The translations under genes and the position numbers were made by a program. A stretch of 64,000 nucleotides of DNA from contig CAWGXL010000010.1 in NCBI GenBank assembly GCA_963826535.1, forward strand, positions 234,814 through 298,813. Direction: 5' to 3'. The first letter of the stretch is position 1; the number at the start of each line of letters is the position of its first letter. The stretch is from an uncultured bacterium. Its GTDB lineage: Bacteria > Patescibacteriota > Microgenomatia > Levybacterales > UBA12049. Positions 49,118 through 59,020 of this stretch are shown in pieces. A model generated the notes under the pieces. That model was given only the letters and a program-made list of their open reading frames with translations. It did no database searches and was not told where the DNA came from.

Positions 49118-49885
49118 CTATGATTGATCGGCAAGGTTTAATCTATTCAATACTGCATTTTTTGCCTTATTCTCCAATTCATCATCAAGCGCTATCAATT
49201 CAACTTTATGCTTATACTTAACCTCTAATGCCTTCTTAATAACATAATCTGCAATATGAGGATTTTTCGGCAAAAGGGGACCATGCAGATAACTTCCTAT
49301 TGCATTTTTATATAAAACACCTTCAGTACGGTCTTCTCCATTATTCCCAAATCCTTTTATAACTTTCGCAAACGGCTTTGCGGATTTTCCCAAAAAGCTT
49401 CTTCCCCCATGGTTTTCAAACCCCACAATTATTTCATCCTCAAGCTCAGGAATTAATATCTTCGCAACAACATTACCAATACATCGTGGAATATTTTCGC
49501 CTGGATGGACAGAATTCATATCAAATATCCCAAGACCTTTTATCCGTTTTCCAACAGCAGGTTCATAATAATTTCCCATAAGTTGTGGGGACCCGCAAAC
49601 GAAAAGGGCTGGAATATTATTCTCGATCAAATCTATTATTATCTTCCCCTTCTCGCCTTCCAGGTCGTTTATAACAATTTCCTGTTCCCGATCCTGAGCT
49701 CCACCACCAAAAAAAATATCTACCTTTCTTATTTCACCCAATTTCGTTTCAGTAGTTATTGGAAGAACGAGTACTTCAATTTCTCTCCAGTCACAACGTT
49801 TTTGAAACACTATAATATTCCCACGATCCCCGTAAGTACTCATAAGCTCGGGATATAACCAACCAATGGTAAGCTGATATTTCAT
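49118..49885 (-). CDS. gatD: Lipid II isoglutaminyl synthase, glutaminase subunit GatD (CobQ/CobB-type GATase)
   Basis: MKYQLTIGWLYPELMSTYGDRGNIIVFQKR... matches the GatD N-terminus. 4-bp overlap with murT. Confidence 0.7.
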   Translation of the reverse strand: MKYQLTIGWLYPELMSTYGDRGNIIVFQKRCDWREIEVLVLPITTETKLGEIRKVDIFFGGGAQDREQEIVINDLEGEKGKIIIDLIENNIPALFVCGSPQLMGNYYEPAVGKRIKGLGIFDMNSVHPGENIPRCIGNVVAKILIPELEDEIIVGFENHGGRSFLGKSAKPFAKVIKGFGNNGEDRTEGVLYKNAIGSYLHGPLLPKNPHIADYVIKKALEVKYKHKVELIALDDELENKAKNAVLNRLNLADQS

Positions 49886-51162
49886 AGTATCCTCCTTCCA
49901 GTTAGAATTTTACGCACCTCAAGCATCGCCGAATAAGTAGGAAGAATAAACAGCTTTTCATCCTCTCCAACCAGATCTATTCCGGTACTTACGGCATCTT
50001 CTATCTTTTCAATTGTTTGAAAATTTTTGTACCCTTCATATTTAATACGTAAAGCCATATCATATACTCTGTCACCTGTAATAATTATATGTTTAAAATC
50101 TTCTATTCCTGGCAGATCAACATCCCAAATCCAGGATATGTCGCGGCCATCTGGTATTCTATCGTTCAAAGCTAAAATTAGAGTTTTCGCCTCAAGCTCC
50201 TTAATCGTGGTATATGATTGATTAAAGCTTGTTGGATTTTTGGAAAGAAAGAGCTGGACCTTCTTTCTCTTGTAAATTATTAATTCCTGCCGTCCAAAAG
50301 CAGGAGTAAAACCTTTTAAAGCCTGATTAATATCATCCTCAAGGAGACCGATTGTTTTTAAAAGCAGTACAGTTGATAGAATATTATATCTATTATACAA
50401 ACCGGGTAATGGGTAATCTGCTATATCGAGTGTCAATCTAGGACGTGTAAATTTACATTTATTGCAGCTATAATCACCAAGATGGGAAAAGAAAATCTTT
50501 TTATAATTTAACTTCGTCCCACAATTTGGACAGTAAATTGAATCTGCTGCATGCTGTTGAATAATGTTACTTTGATTTAAATCATTGAGACCAAAAAACA
50601 GCTTCTGGGCTTTCATATTTTTACCTAAAAACGCAATTTGGGGGTCGTCCGCGTTCAAAATAAGTGTTGTAGAGGAAGGCATTTTTTCCAGAGCTAACTT
50701 CCATTTTTTTGCAATAGTTTGCACTTCTCCATACCTATCAAGTTGATCGCGGAAAAGATTAAGCAAAACAATATAATTTGGCGTTAATTCTTTTAGTGAA
50801 TGAGGCAGGACGTTCTCATCAACTTCAAATATCGCATAATCGCAATTCAAATTTCCCGTCATATTGCAGTTAAGGATTAAAGCGGATGCAATGCCATTTA
50901 GTAAATTTGCCCCCGACTGGTTCTGCAAAATCTTTTTCCTGTTTGTTTCAAGTACTGTTCTAATTAGCCTCGCGGTTGTAGTCTTCCCATTTGTTCCGGC
51001 AATAAGTATTGTTAGTAGTGAAGATTTAGAAATCATTTCCGAAATAAAATTTTTATTTATTCCCAATGCAATATGTCCCGGCCAAGTTGAGCCATTACCG
51101 AAATTTGTGATTCTGAAAAATTTAGATATAATTTTTCCGAAAATAATTAATAAGAGATTCAT
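49882..51162 (-). CDS. murT: Lipid II isoglutaminyl synthase MurT (Mur ligase family with Cys4 ribbon and DUF1727)
   Basis: P-loop IAGTNGKTTT and zinc ribbon CPNCGTKL...CNKC in the middle domain. Paired with gatD. Confidence 0.7.
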   Translation of the reverse strand: MNLLLIIFGKIISKFFRITNFGNGSTWPGHIALGINKNFISEMISKSSLLTILIAGTNGKTTTARLIRTVLETNRKKILQNQSGANLLNGIASALILNCNMTGNLNCDYAIFEVDENVLPHSLKELTPNYIVLLNLFRDQLDRYGEVQTIAKKWKLALEKMPSSTTLILNADDPQIAFLGKNMKAQKLFFGLNDLNQSNIIQQHAADSIYCPNCGTKLNYKKIFFSHLGDYSCNKCKFTRPRLTLDIADYPLPGLYNRYNILSTVLLLKTIGLLEDDINQALKGFTPAFGRQELIIYKRKKVQLFLSKNPTSFNQSYTTIKELEAKTLILALNDRIPDGRDISWIWDVDLPGIEDFKHIIITGDRVYDMALRIKYEGYKNFQTIEKIEDAVSTGIDLVGEDEKLFILPTYSAMLEVRKILTGRRIL

Positions 51163-51179
51163 TCTGGAGGCAAAAACTT

Positions 51180-52076
51180 TTACATCGACCTTAAAGCCTT
51201 TATCCTTTCCTCAATAGGCGGGTGTGTACTGAAAAAACCAGTAAACCATCCCTGAAAACCTTTGTTCTTGAAAGGATTTACAATAAAGAGATGCGCAGTA
51301 GCGCTCGTTGCAGTTAGAACCGGCCTTGGATCTGATGCGATTTTCTCCAATGCATTGGCCAATGCTTCTGGATATCTTGTCAAGAGAGCGCCTGAGGCAT
51401 CAGCCAAATATTCACGCTTGCGGGAAATTGCTAGTTGAATAAGAGTAGCAACCACTGGTGCCAAAAATGCAAATATTAAACCCATAATCAGAAATAAACC
51501 GGTAGCTCTTTTATCCCTGCTCTCATTTCTAATTCCTCCCCAAAGTAACCCCCGCATAAATATGTCTGCGATTAAAGCAATAAAGCCAACAAGTAAAGCT
51601 GCTATAGCCATAAGCCTGATGTCATAATTTTTAACATGCGAAAGTTCATGAGCCAGAACACCTTCTAGTTCGCTTTTATTTAGTCGTTCAAGTAATCCGG
51701 CCGATACCGCGACGCTTGCATGTTTAGGGTCACGGCCGGTCGCGAATGCATTAGGTGACGGATCATTAATAATATACAGTTTTGGCATTGGTGTGCCGGA
51801 TGCAATGGTCAAATTTTCGACTATTCTATATAATTCAGGATTATCTTTTTTTTCAATAGGCTTAGCGCCTGATGTAGATAGTACAACCTGATCTGCATAA
51901 TAGTAGCTGCCAATACTGGATGTAATTGAGATAATTAAAATAATAATTGTAAACGCAAGTCCATAACCTGTAACTTCACCTATAACATAACCAACTGCGA
52001 CGGCAAAAACGACAAATAAAAACATTATTATCCAGCTTTTCCAGATATTTTGTGATATTTGAGAATAAATCTTCAT
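51180..52076 (-). CDS. htpX: Protease HtpX (M48 family)
   Basis: HELSHVKNYD (HExxH), 4 TM, ...THPPIEERI at the C-terminus. Confidence 0.85.
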   Translation of the reverse strand: MKIYSQISQNIWKSWIIMFLFVVFAVAVGYVIGEVTGYGLAFTIIILIISITSSIGSYYYADQVVLSTSGAKPIEKKDNPELYRIVENLTIASGTPMPKLYIINDPSPNAFATGRDPKHASVAVSAGLLERLNKSELEGVLAHELSHVKNYDIRLMAIAALLVGFIALIADIFMRGLLWGGIRNESRDKRATGLFLIMGLIFAFLAPVVATLIQLAISRKREYLADASGALLTRYPEALANALEKIASDPRPVLTATSATAHLFIVNPFKNKGFQGWFTGFFSTHPPIEERIKALRSM

Positions 52077-52083
52077 TTGCCTT

Positions 52084-52635
52084 TTAGAATTTAACCTTCA
52101 CTGGCTTTTTATCTTCTTCACCAGTCTCGAAATATTCTGCAGGTTTAAAATTAAGCAGATTAGCAAATAACACATTTGGAAAAATCTGAATCTTTGTATT
52201 ATAGTCCAGTACGTTACTGTTATAAAATTGGCGCGAATATGCTATTTTATTCTCAGTATCCGAAAGTTCTTCCTGTAAAGATAGAAAGTTTTGACTGGCT
52301 TTCAAATCAGGATAATTCTCTGCAACTGCAAAAAGTGACTTTAAAGTATCTGTTAACATATTATTCGCAACTGCTTTTTCTTGCGCTGATGATGCGGACA
52401 TAAGATTTGCCCTCGCCTTTGTTACATTCTCAAGCAATGTTTTCTCATGTTTTGTGTATCCTTTTACAGCCTCAACAAGATTAGGAATAAGATCCGTTCT
52501 TCGCTTCAGTTGTACATCGATCTGAGACAAAGCTTCAGCAATTCGAGCTTTTGCAGTTACTAGACTGTTATATACAACCCACAAATAAATAAGTATACCT
52601 GCAAATATTATTACCGGAATCCATGTCATATCCAT
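52084..52635 (-). CDS. lemA: LemA family protein
   Basis: N-terminal TM plus ...[31 protein letters not shown]... . Strong RBS AAGGGGGTGA upstream. Confidence 0.8.
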   Translation of the reverse strand: MDMTWIPVIIFAGILIYLWVVYNSLVTAKARIAEALSQIDVQLKRRTDLIPNLVEAVKGYTKHEKTLLENVTKARANLMSASSAQEKAVANNMLTDTLKSLFAVAENYPDLKASQNFLSLQEELSDTENKIAYSRQFYNSNVLDYNTKIQIFPNVLFANLLNFKPAEYFETGEEDKKPVKVKF

Positions 52636-52654
52636 AAATTTATCACCCCCTTTA

Positions 52655-52690
52655 GAGACACTTAGCGAATGTAATGAGTTTAGTGTCTCT
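52655..52690. other. Hairpin: 9-bp perfect inverted repeat AGAGACACT / AGTGTCTCT with an 18-nt loop
   Basis: Seen directly. Between the polX stop and the lemA start, with no U-tract. Confidence 0.5.
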
Positions 52691-52693
52691 TAA

Positions 52694-52783
52694 GTCCGCC
52701 GCTCAAGCGCTCTTCAAGCCGTGTACTCCTGTCCGCCTTTGGCGGGAATAGTACTGAAAGGGCTTGAAGTAAGCTTAGGCGGA
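52694..52783. repeat. Family-2 palindromic repeat, copy C (with an extra internal GTCCGCCTTTGGCGGGA hairpin)
   Basis: GTCCGCCGCTCAAGCGCTCTTCAAGCCGTGTACTC...GTACTGAAAGGGCTTGAAGTAAGCTTAGGCGGAC. Confidence 0.8.
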
Positions 52784-52790
52784 CCTAATA

Positions 52791-54563
52791 TTAACTCTTA
52801 AACCACTCTTTAACTTCATTATACGACTTTGCATTTAAAATGTCATTGCAAGTTGCCCAACCGCGTCGTGCAACAGAAACTCCAAATTCCATCATTGTCA
52901 TTTGCTGGACAGCATGGCTATCTGTGTCAATCACAAGAGTTACCCCTATCTTTACAGCTTGACGGACAATAGAATCAGGAAGATCGAGTCGCAGCGGCCA
53001 TGCATTTATTTCCAAAGCTTTATTATTCAATTTACAAAAATCAAAAATTTGTTCCCAATCTAAATCATAACCCGGTCTTTGATTAAGTAATCTTCCGGTG
53101 GGGTGCGCAAGTATTTTCGCTTTAGGGTTCGACAAGCCCTTAAGAACTCGTTTAGTCATTGCTTGTTTATCCATATCAAACGCACTATGAACAGAAATTA
53201 TTGCACCATCGAGTAAATCAAGACTTTTTTGATCTAATGCTAGTTCGCCCTTAGGTAGGATATCTATCTCGAGCAAAGAAAAGATATGGATAACTTTATT
53301 ATACTTTATTTTTAACCGTTCAATAAATTTACTCCTCTCTTTCATTATCTTGTAGCATTGATCCGAATTGTGCCTGGAAATACTCGGGTTATGTTCTGAA
53401 AATCCTAAATAGTTATATTTTAATGCTTTTGCTTTTATAATCATCTCATCCATTGAACTTTGTCCCATATCATGACTCGGTTCAATTGGATAAGAAGAAT
53501 GCAAATGAAAATCACCCTTTATGTCTTTTAGTTCAACAAGTATTGGCAAATTATTTTTTAATGCCAACGCAATTTCCCCTGTATCTTCACGCATTTCAGG
53601 TGGTATCCAGGAAAGTCCTAGTGCGTCATAGAATTTTTCTTCTGTTGCATATAGTTTTGCTTTATCATTGCCTTCGCCTTTTTTCCTAATGCCATACTCT
53701 GACAATGAGAGTCCATTAGAGAGGGCATGCTCGCGTAAATGAATATTATGAGCTTTGCTCCCTGTAAAATGCTGCAGAAGAGCTCCAAATCCTTCCGGAG
53801 GGGCAACCATAAGATCAATTTGCCTGTTTGATGAGACCAATATAGAAGTTGACTTTTCACCCCGCTCAATAATCCTATCAATACCGGGATATTTTGCAAA
53901 GTGATCCATGACTTTCTCTGGTTGATTAGTAGCAACAGCAATATCAATATCCCCTATTGTAGACAATCTTCTTCGCATGCTACCCAAAGGGTAAGCTTTT
54001 AATACTGCCTTAGATTTCAACAAATAAGCGACAATATTTTCTGCCAATTCATTAGCATAGGGAAGGACCATACGGACCGTCTTCGTTTTTCCAAGCCAAT
54101 ACTCTTGTATCGCCTGGAGAATATCTTGTTGAGATTTTTCGCCAAACCCCGCAAGACTTGCAATTTTTCCTGCCTGTGCGATTTTTGCAAGATCAGATAT
54201 AACGCTTTCCGGATTTGATAATTTAAATTCAGATACAAGTTTGAAAGCCTTTTTAGGACCAAAACTCGGGACATCTAGGAGTGGAAAGACTGCTCTGGGT
54301 ATGTCTCTCAAAACTTGCTCAAAATGTTTGACATTACCTTTAGTAAATATTTCCTCAAGATGAGATTTTATCGACGGTCCGATGCCGGATAGTGAATCTA
54401 TTTTATTTTCCCGGAATAAATCACGTAATTCAGTGACGCTATGATCTATTGTATCTGCGGCTTTTTGATAAGCAATGATTTGAAAGCGATATTTTTTTTC
54501 GTCTTTTATACTGTAAGCAGCCGCCACATTTCTTAAAATCCGACTTATTTCCGAGTTTGTCAC
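52791..54563 (-). CDS. polX: DNA polymerase X family protein with C-terminal PHP phosphoesterase domain
   Basis: N-terminal helix-hairpin-helix/Pol beta-like region (...KYRFQIIAYQKAADTI...). PHP His/Asp motifs in the C-terminal domain. Confidence 0.8.
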   Translation of the reverse strand: MTNSEISRILRNVAAAYSIKDEKKYRFQIIAYQKAADTIDHSVTELRDLFRENKIDSLSGIGPSIKSHLEEIFTKGNVKHFEQVLRDIPRAVFPLLDVPSFGPKKAFKLVSEFKLSNPESVISDLAKIAQAGKIASLAGFGEKSQQDILQAIQEYWLGKTKTVRMVLPYANELAENIVAYLLKSKAVLKAYPLGSMRRRLSTIGDIDIAVATNQPEKVMDHFAKYPGIDRIIERGEKSTSILVSSNRQIDLMVAPPEGFGALLQHFTGSKAHNIHLREHALSNGLSLSEYGIRKKGEGNDKAKLYATEEKFYDALGLSWIPPEMREDTGEIALALKNNLPILVELKDIKGDFHLHSSYPIEPSHDMGQSSMDEMIIKAKALKYNYLGFSEHNPSISRHNSDQCYKIMKERSKFIERLKIKYNKVIHIFSLLEIDILPKGELALDQKSLDLLDGAIISVHSAFDMDKQAMTKRVLKGLSNPKAKILAHPTGRLLNQRPGYDLDWEQIFDFCKLNNKALEINAWPLRLDLPDSIVRQAVKIGVTLVIDTDSHAVQQMTMMEFGVSVARRGWATCNDILNAKSYNEVKEWFKS

Positions 54564-54650
54564 AAAAACAGTGTACCAAAGGATTGACGCGCTAGCAAGA
54601 TTCGTTTAAAATACAATTTGACTCAGAGCCAAGCACAAAGAAATGTTGAA

Positions 54651-54692
54651 TTCTTAGTTCTTAGTTCTTAGTTCTTAGTTCTTAGTTCTCAG
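54651..54692. repeat. Tandem heptamer repeat (TTCTTAG)x5 plus a degenerate sixth unit
   Basis: Seen directly. Followed by the palindromic AGCTGCGCTCTGCGCACT, then tRNA-Asp. Confidence 0.9.
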
Positions 54693-54708
54693 CTGCGCTC
54701 TGCGCACT

Positions 54709-54782
54709 GGGGTGGTAGCTCAGTTGGTTAGAGCGCTTCCCTGTCACGGAAGAGGTCGCGGGTTCGAGCCCCGTTCACCCCG
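54709..54782 (+). tRNA. tRNA-Asp (anticodon GTC)
   Basis: GGGGTGG TA GCTC AGTTGGTTA GAGC G CTTCC CTGTCAC GGAAG AGGTC GCGGG TTCGAGC CCCGT TCACCCC G gives a canonical cloverleaf. Confidence 0.9.
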
Positions 54783-54958
54783 CAACGTAAAACATTATAA
54801 AAATTATTATAAGTTGCTTTTTTAAAAAAAACCTGTATAATAACAAAACTGGAATATCAACATCTCTTTTTTTAACTATTTAATTTAATCATTAGTCATC
54901 ATTGATCAAGTTGATTTTTTCCTAAATCCCTTTGCCCAGAAAGGATGTGACATAATAA

Positions 54959-55786
54959 ATGCCAAAAAGCGCACCGATAAAATCAAGATTTAAGCCAATG
55001 AAAACTGAACAATCAACAAGACAGACAGAACAAAAAAACGGAATCTGGGATATTTTTAAATTCGGTGAATCATACACGAGTTTAATTTTAGGTATAATTG
55101 TAGTTGTTGTAGCGACAGTAATTCTTCTCACTTTTGTAAGAGGCAGAAATGATACAACTAAATTATCTGAAGCAAACCAACAAGCAGCAGTAGTACAAAC
55201 ACAACAGATAGAAAAAAATAAGGTCACACCTAAAGTAACACAAAATGTATCCAATGTTGATCAAATAAAACCAACAGAAATTCCAGCTAAGCCAACTTTA
55301 AAAGCAAATAATAAAATAGTAGTCAAGCCAACTGAGTCAAATAATAAGCAAAAAATTGCTATTAACAGCCTTAATAATCAAACAATACCTGGTACTAATT
55401 ATTCTGTTAAAGCTGGAGATACACTTTGGAATATTGCAGAAAGAAAATATAAGAGTGGTTATAATTGGGTAGATATTCAAAACGCAAATAAGCTTGCAAA
55501 CGCAAACTTGTTACAAGTAGGTACGAAATTAACTCTTCCGGATGTGAAAGCAAAGATTTCTACCGTGGTAGAGCCAAATAAACCTATTACACAAGCCAAA
55601 AGCGCAATAGAATCAAATAAAATTGCTGGAAATAGTTATACAATAATTAAGGGAGATACTTTGTGGGATATAGCAATACGAGCGTATGGAGACGGATTTT
55701 CATGGTCAAAGATTGCCAATGCCAATAAATTATCCAATCCTAATATCATTCACTCAGGTAATAAAATCAATATCCCGCGAGTATAA
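54959..55786 (+). CDS. LysM domain-containing protein (two C-terminal LysM repeats, N-terminal TM anchor)
   Basis: YSVKAGDTLWNIAERKY...VGTKLTLP and YTIIKGDTLWDIAIRAY...GNKINIP. Confidence 0.8.
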   Translation: MPKSAPIKSRFKPMKTEQSTRQTEQKNGIWDIFKFGESYTSLILGIIVVVVATVILLTFVRGRNDTTKLSEANQQAAVVQTQQIEKNKVTPKVTQNVSNVDQIKPTEIPAKPTLKANNKIVVKPTESNNKQKIAINSLNNQTIPGTNYSVKAGDTLWNIAERKYKSGYNWVDIQNANKLANANLLQVGTKLTLPDVKAKISTVVEPNKPITQAKSAIESNKIAGNSYTIIKGDTLWDIAIRAYGDGFSWSKIANANKLSNPNIIHSGNKINIPRV

Positions 55787-55857
55787 ATAATTTACCCGGA
55801 ATTTTATTTGCATCCAGAAGCCAGTTGTACTAATCTAGTATTAGAGAACTAAAACCT

Positions 55858-55928
55858 GCGGGGTTAGTACACCGGTAGTATGCCACCTTCCCAAGGTGGA
55901 GAAGCGAGTCCGATTCTCGTACCCCGCT
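55858..55928 (+). tRNA. tRNA-Gly (anticodon CCC)
   Basis: GCGGGGT TA GTAC ACCGGTA GTAT G CCACC TTCCCAA GGTGG AGAA GCGAG TCCGATT CTCGT ACCCCGC T. The anticodon arm is typical of tRNA-Gly, but the T-loop TCCGATT is non-canonical. Confidence 0.65.
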
Positions 55929-56187
55929 CACGTGCCTAATTAAGTGGATAATCATCTGAACCCCGAACTCTCGAGGTTAAGATTACAATTTATATTACTC
56001 GTGTTTAACTCCCTTTGTAAGATTGAAGTGTAAGTAAGTCTCATTTGACCTTTAATATTTTGTATTAAGAAACTCAGTCAATTTATATAAATAATAAAAT
56101 TTAAATGTCATCCAAGAGCAAAGACTATGTTCTATTTTCTTACTCATTTATTACGTTTTTCTAAAAACTTCATCCTAAGCTTATCGT

Positions 56188-56565
56188 ATGGAAACTAAAT
56201 TGAAATTTGCCTCATTTATCGCAAATCTACTCGACAACCAATTTGAATTATACGGCCGCCGCTTTGGTTTAAATGGAGTTTTGGGTATCATTCCGGGTGT
56301 TGGAGACATCATCCCCACTATTCTTTCACTTTATCTAATTAGAGTCGCTGTTCAAATGAGATTGCCGACTATAAAGATCGTGCAAATGCTTTGGAACGTT
56401 ATTTTTAATTTTCTAATCGGGTTACTTCCCGTGGTAGGTGATTATATTGATCTCTTCAATCACGCTAATCTTAAAAACCTCGCGATTCTAAAAGAATACT
56501 CAAAAAATCCCATTATCGAAGGTAAAATTGTGGAGGAAAATAGTGAATCGCCTCGTGTTGAATAA
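56188..56565 (+). CDS. DUF4112-like small membrane protein
   Basis: ...FGLNGVLGIIPGVGDIIPTILSLYLI... . 125 aa. Confidence 0.45.
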   Translation: METKLKFASFIANLLDNQFELYGRRFGLNGVLGIIPGVGDIIPTILSLYLIRVAVQMRLPTIKIVQMLWNVIFNFLIGLLPVVGDYIDLFNHANLKNLAILKEYSKNPIIEGKIVEENSESPRVE

Positions 56566-58620
56566 TTATTTTAATAAGCTCATTAATAATTCTAAAATCT
56601 TTAGAATGAGATTTAGTATTTGTTTTATTAAGCCATCTTTAGATTGTCCACCACCAGGTGCTTTAGTTTTTTTATCACCAGTCGCCCCGGGTTCGGTAGG
56701 GGAAATGGCAGGAGAAAGCTGAGGACTTTGGTTTGAAGTTGGAACAATAGTAAGTTGGTTATTTGTACCTGAAGGCACTGTTGAAGGACCACCTGGAGCG
56801 CTAATTGGCAAACCTGTTGTTGGACATGCTCCCAAACACTTATCTGGTGGCGCTACTGATGTCTCACTGTATTCTGCAGTATAGGTTGTGTTTGATTTTG
56901 GTGTAAATACAGTATGCGAAGCTTTCCCGGTATCGGACCAGGATACGAATAGATAATTCTTACTATTAAAAGTTTGGGTTGTTGGCGCTCCTATTTCTCT
57001 TTGAAATCCAACTACACCCGTTATAGTAAACGGTGTTTTTTTCGGTTGTCCATCAATAGTTAATTCAAGACCTGCAGGATTTGAAGTAAATTCCATTGTC
57101 GCATTATTAGGTAAGACATCCTGAGTCACTTCATTTGATTGACCTTTAGAGTTCTTAACTGAAAGATAGATGCGGTATTTAATATTTGCATCCGTTTCAC
57201 CTACTTTTCCGGTCAGAAACGACCCGCTTTTTTTGCCCATCACGGCATCAAGAAATGGATGAGTATGCTCGTCGTTATGTACTGTTTCAATCTTCCAACT
57301 AAACGCACTCTCGGGTAGAGCATCTTCTATCATATCTGTAGCAATCCCTTCATATTCAATCGTGTCCCCGGCACTATATAAAGTACCTGCTGTGGGCTTT
57401 ACGATGGTTATTGATATCGTAGGATTATTATTGCCCCCTTGTCCTTGTGTGGGATTAGCTGGTGCTGAAGGATTCGCACCGTTCCCATATTGTATCCGGT
57501 AAATTAGTCCTCCGTGATAAGAAAGATAATAGAGTTGTCCTTCGGCGCCCATTCGTATGTCAACCGGATTCTTCAAGCCTGTAACAAAAGTAGTGACTTT
57601 GTTATCGCTCGGATTTAATTGCTTTATCCAGTTCGCAGTATAATCTGAGAAAAAGTAGCTTCCTTGATATTCGCTTGGATAGGATGTGCCTGTATAAAAT
57701 GCGCCGCCTGTAATTGCCTTCCCAACATCGTGTTTATACGCATGAATAGGATTGATAAATCCTCGATCACATGTCCCTTCACAGGTCGGCCAGCCATAAT
57801 TCCCACCTTTCTGTAGATCATTAACTTCTTCCCAAGTGCTGGCGCCGACATCATTGACAAATATTTTCCCGCTACTTGGATTAACTGCAAAAGTAAAAGG
57901 ATTACGAAATCCAAGTGCCCAAATCGATTGATTAATACCACTTGCCGTCTGATAAAACGGATTATCCGTCGGAATAGTGCCATCCTTATTAATTCTAAGT
58001 ATTTTACCTGCAATGGTTGTCATTGACTGGGCATTCGAAGAAGTATGACTTTCTCCAATGGCGATATAAAGTTTGCCATCTGTACCGAAATGAATAGCTC
58101 CACCATTATGATATCCTGCCGAAGATGGAATATTATCAAGAACGACTGTCTCACTACCAGCTGCCGCCACATCAGGATTGGCACTGTCTGCGGTATATCT
58201 GATGACTCTATTTACTGATCTGCTATCATCTGTATAATAAACATAAAGAAATTTATTTGAGGCAAAATCAGGATCAACAGTGATACCAAGAAGGCCCCGC
58301 TCTCCATCGGTTTTAACCGGTACCGTGAGAAATGGCTGAGGTAGTAGGGTATTGTTTTTGACAACCCGGAGCTTTCCTCCCTTTTCTGCGACAAACAGTC
58401 TCCCGTCAGGTGCAAATTCCATAGCTGTAGGTTGGGTCAACCCACTAGCTACCTTAATTTCCTGAAATCCCGTAGGATAACTCTGAGCACGTGTTGAAAC
58501 GCTTTGTTGTTTCTGTCCGTTCTGTAAAACCACTATAGTTCCTGCGACCAAAACAATGAGGATTATAACTATTGATAAAAAGCTAATTACCTGTTTACGT
58601 CGTGTATTATTACTTACCAT
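56566..58620 (-). CDS. PQQ-dependent sugar (glucose/sorbosone) dehydrogenase-like beta-propeller protein with N-terminal membrane anchor, Ig-like domain and Pro/Thr-rich C-terminal tail
   Basis: ...GLTQPTAMEFAPDGRLFVAEKGGKLRVV...LLGITVDPDF... matches the SGL/GDH-B family. 684 aa. Confidence 0.65.
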   Translation of the reverse strand: MVSNNTRRKQVISFLSIVIILIVLVAGTIVVLQNGQKQQSVSTRAQSYPTGFQEIKVASGLTQPTAMEFAPDGRLFVAEKGGKLRVVKNNTLLPQPFLTVPVKTDGERGLLGITVDPDFASNKFLYVYYTDDSRSVNRVIRYTADSANPDVAAAGSETVVLDNIPSSAGYHNGGAIHFGTDGKLYIAIGESHTSSNAQSMTTIAGKILRINKDGTIPTDNPFYQTASGINQSIWALGFRNPFTFAVNPSSGKIFVNDVGASTWEEVNDLQKGGNYGWPTCEGTCDRGFINPIHAYKHDVGKAITGGAFYTGTSYPSEYQGSYFFSDYTANWIKQLNPSDNKVTTFVTGLKNPVDIRMGAEGQLYYLSYHGGLIYRIQYGNGANPSAPANPTQGQGGNNNPTISITIVKPTAGTLYSAGDTIEYEGIATDMIEDALPESAFSWKIETVHNDEHTHPFLDAVMGKKSGSFLTGKVGETDANIKYRIYLSVKNSKGQSNEVTQDVLPNNATMEFTSNPAGLELTIDGQPKKTPFTITGVVGFQREIGAPTTQTFNSKNYLFVSWSDTGKASHTVFTPKSNTTYTAEYSETSVAPPDKCLGACPTTGLPISAPGGPSTVPSGTNNQLTIVPTSNQSPQLSPAISPTEPGATGDKKTKAPGGGQSKDGLIKQILNLILKILELLMSLLK

Positions 58621-58621
58621 T

Positions 58622-59020
58622 TTATACTACTTTTTTATTTTGATTTCTTTGAAAAAATATCCTTTTAATTGATTTTTTTTGCTTACCTCCTTTTTCACTT
58701 ACAGGTTTTTCTTCTGGTTGATTTTTTGGACGCACTTCTAAAGTATCTTTTTCAGCACTATAATCTGCGGCTAAAAAGCGGATTTCTTTTTTTACTTCTT
58801 CAGGCTTAGGTTTTACATAGTCATTTTCTACATCTGACTTTTGTTTATTTTCATCACTGGATTTATCAAGATCGGATATTTTATGTATAGCTTTATCAAT
58901 TAACTCCCTAAGTATTTCCCGCCCTTTTTTTGTAGTTAAAAGCAATGTTAGCAGCACGCCAATAAGAATTCCAAGTAAGAATCCGCTTCCTATTCCGGTA
59001 TTATTAGTTTTATTTCCCAT
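58622..59020 (-). CDS. Hypothetical protein with N-terminal TM helix and highly charged tail
   Basis: ORF only. Confidence 0.35.
   Translation of the reverse strand: MGNKTNNTGIGSGFLLGILIGVLLTLLLTTKKGREILRELIDKAIHKISDLDKSSDENKQKSDVENDYVKPKPEEVKKEIRFLAADYSAEKDTLEVRPKNQPEEKPVSEKGGKQKKSIKRIFFQRNQNKKVV

Noticed and set aside
52653-52691. AGAGACACT/AGTGTCTCT hairpin as a rho-independent terminator of polX
   Set aside because: No downstream U-tract on the transcribed strand. It overlaps the lemA RBS region, so it is kept only as an unclassified hairpin.
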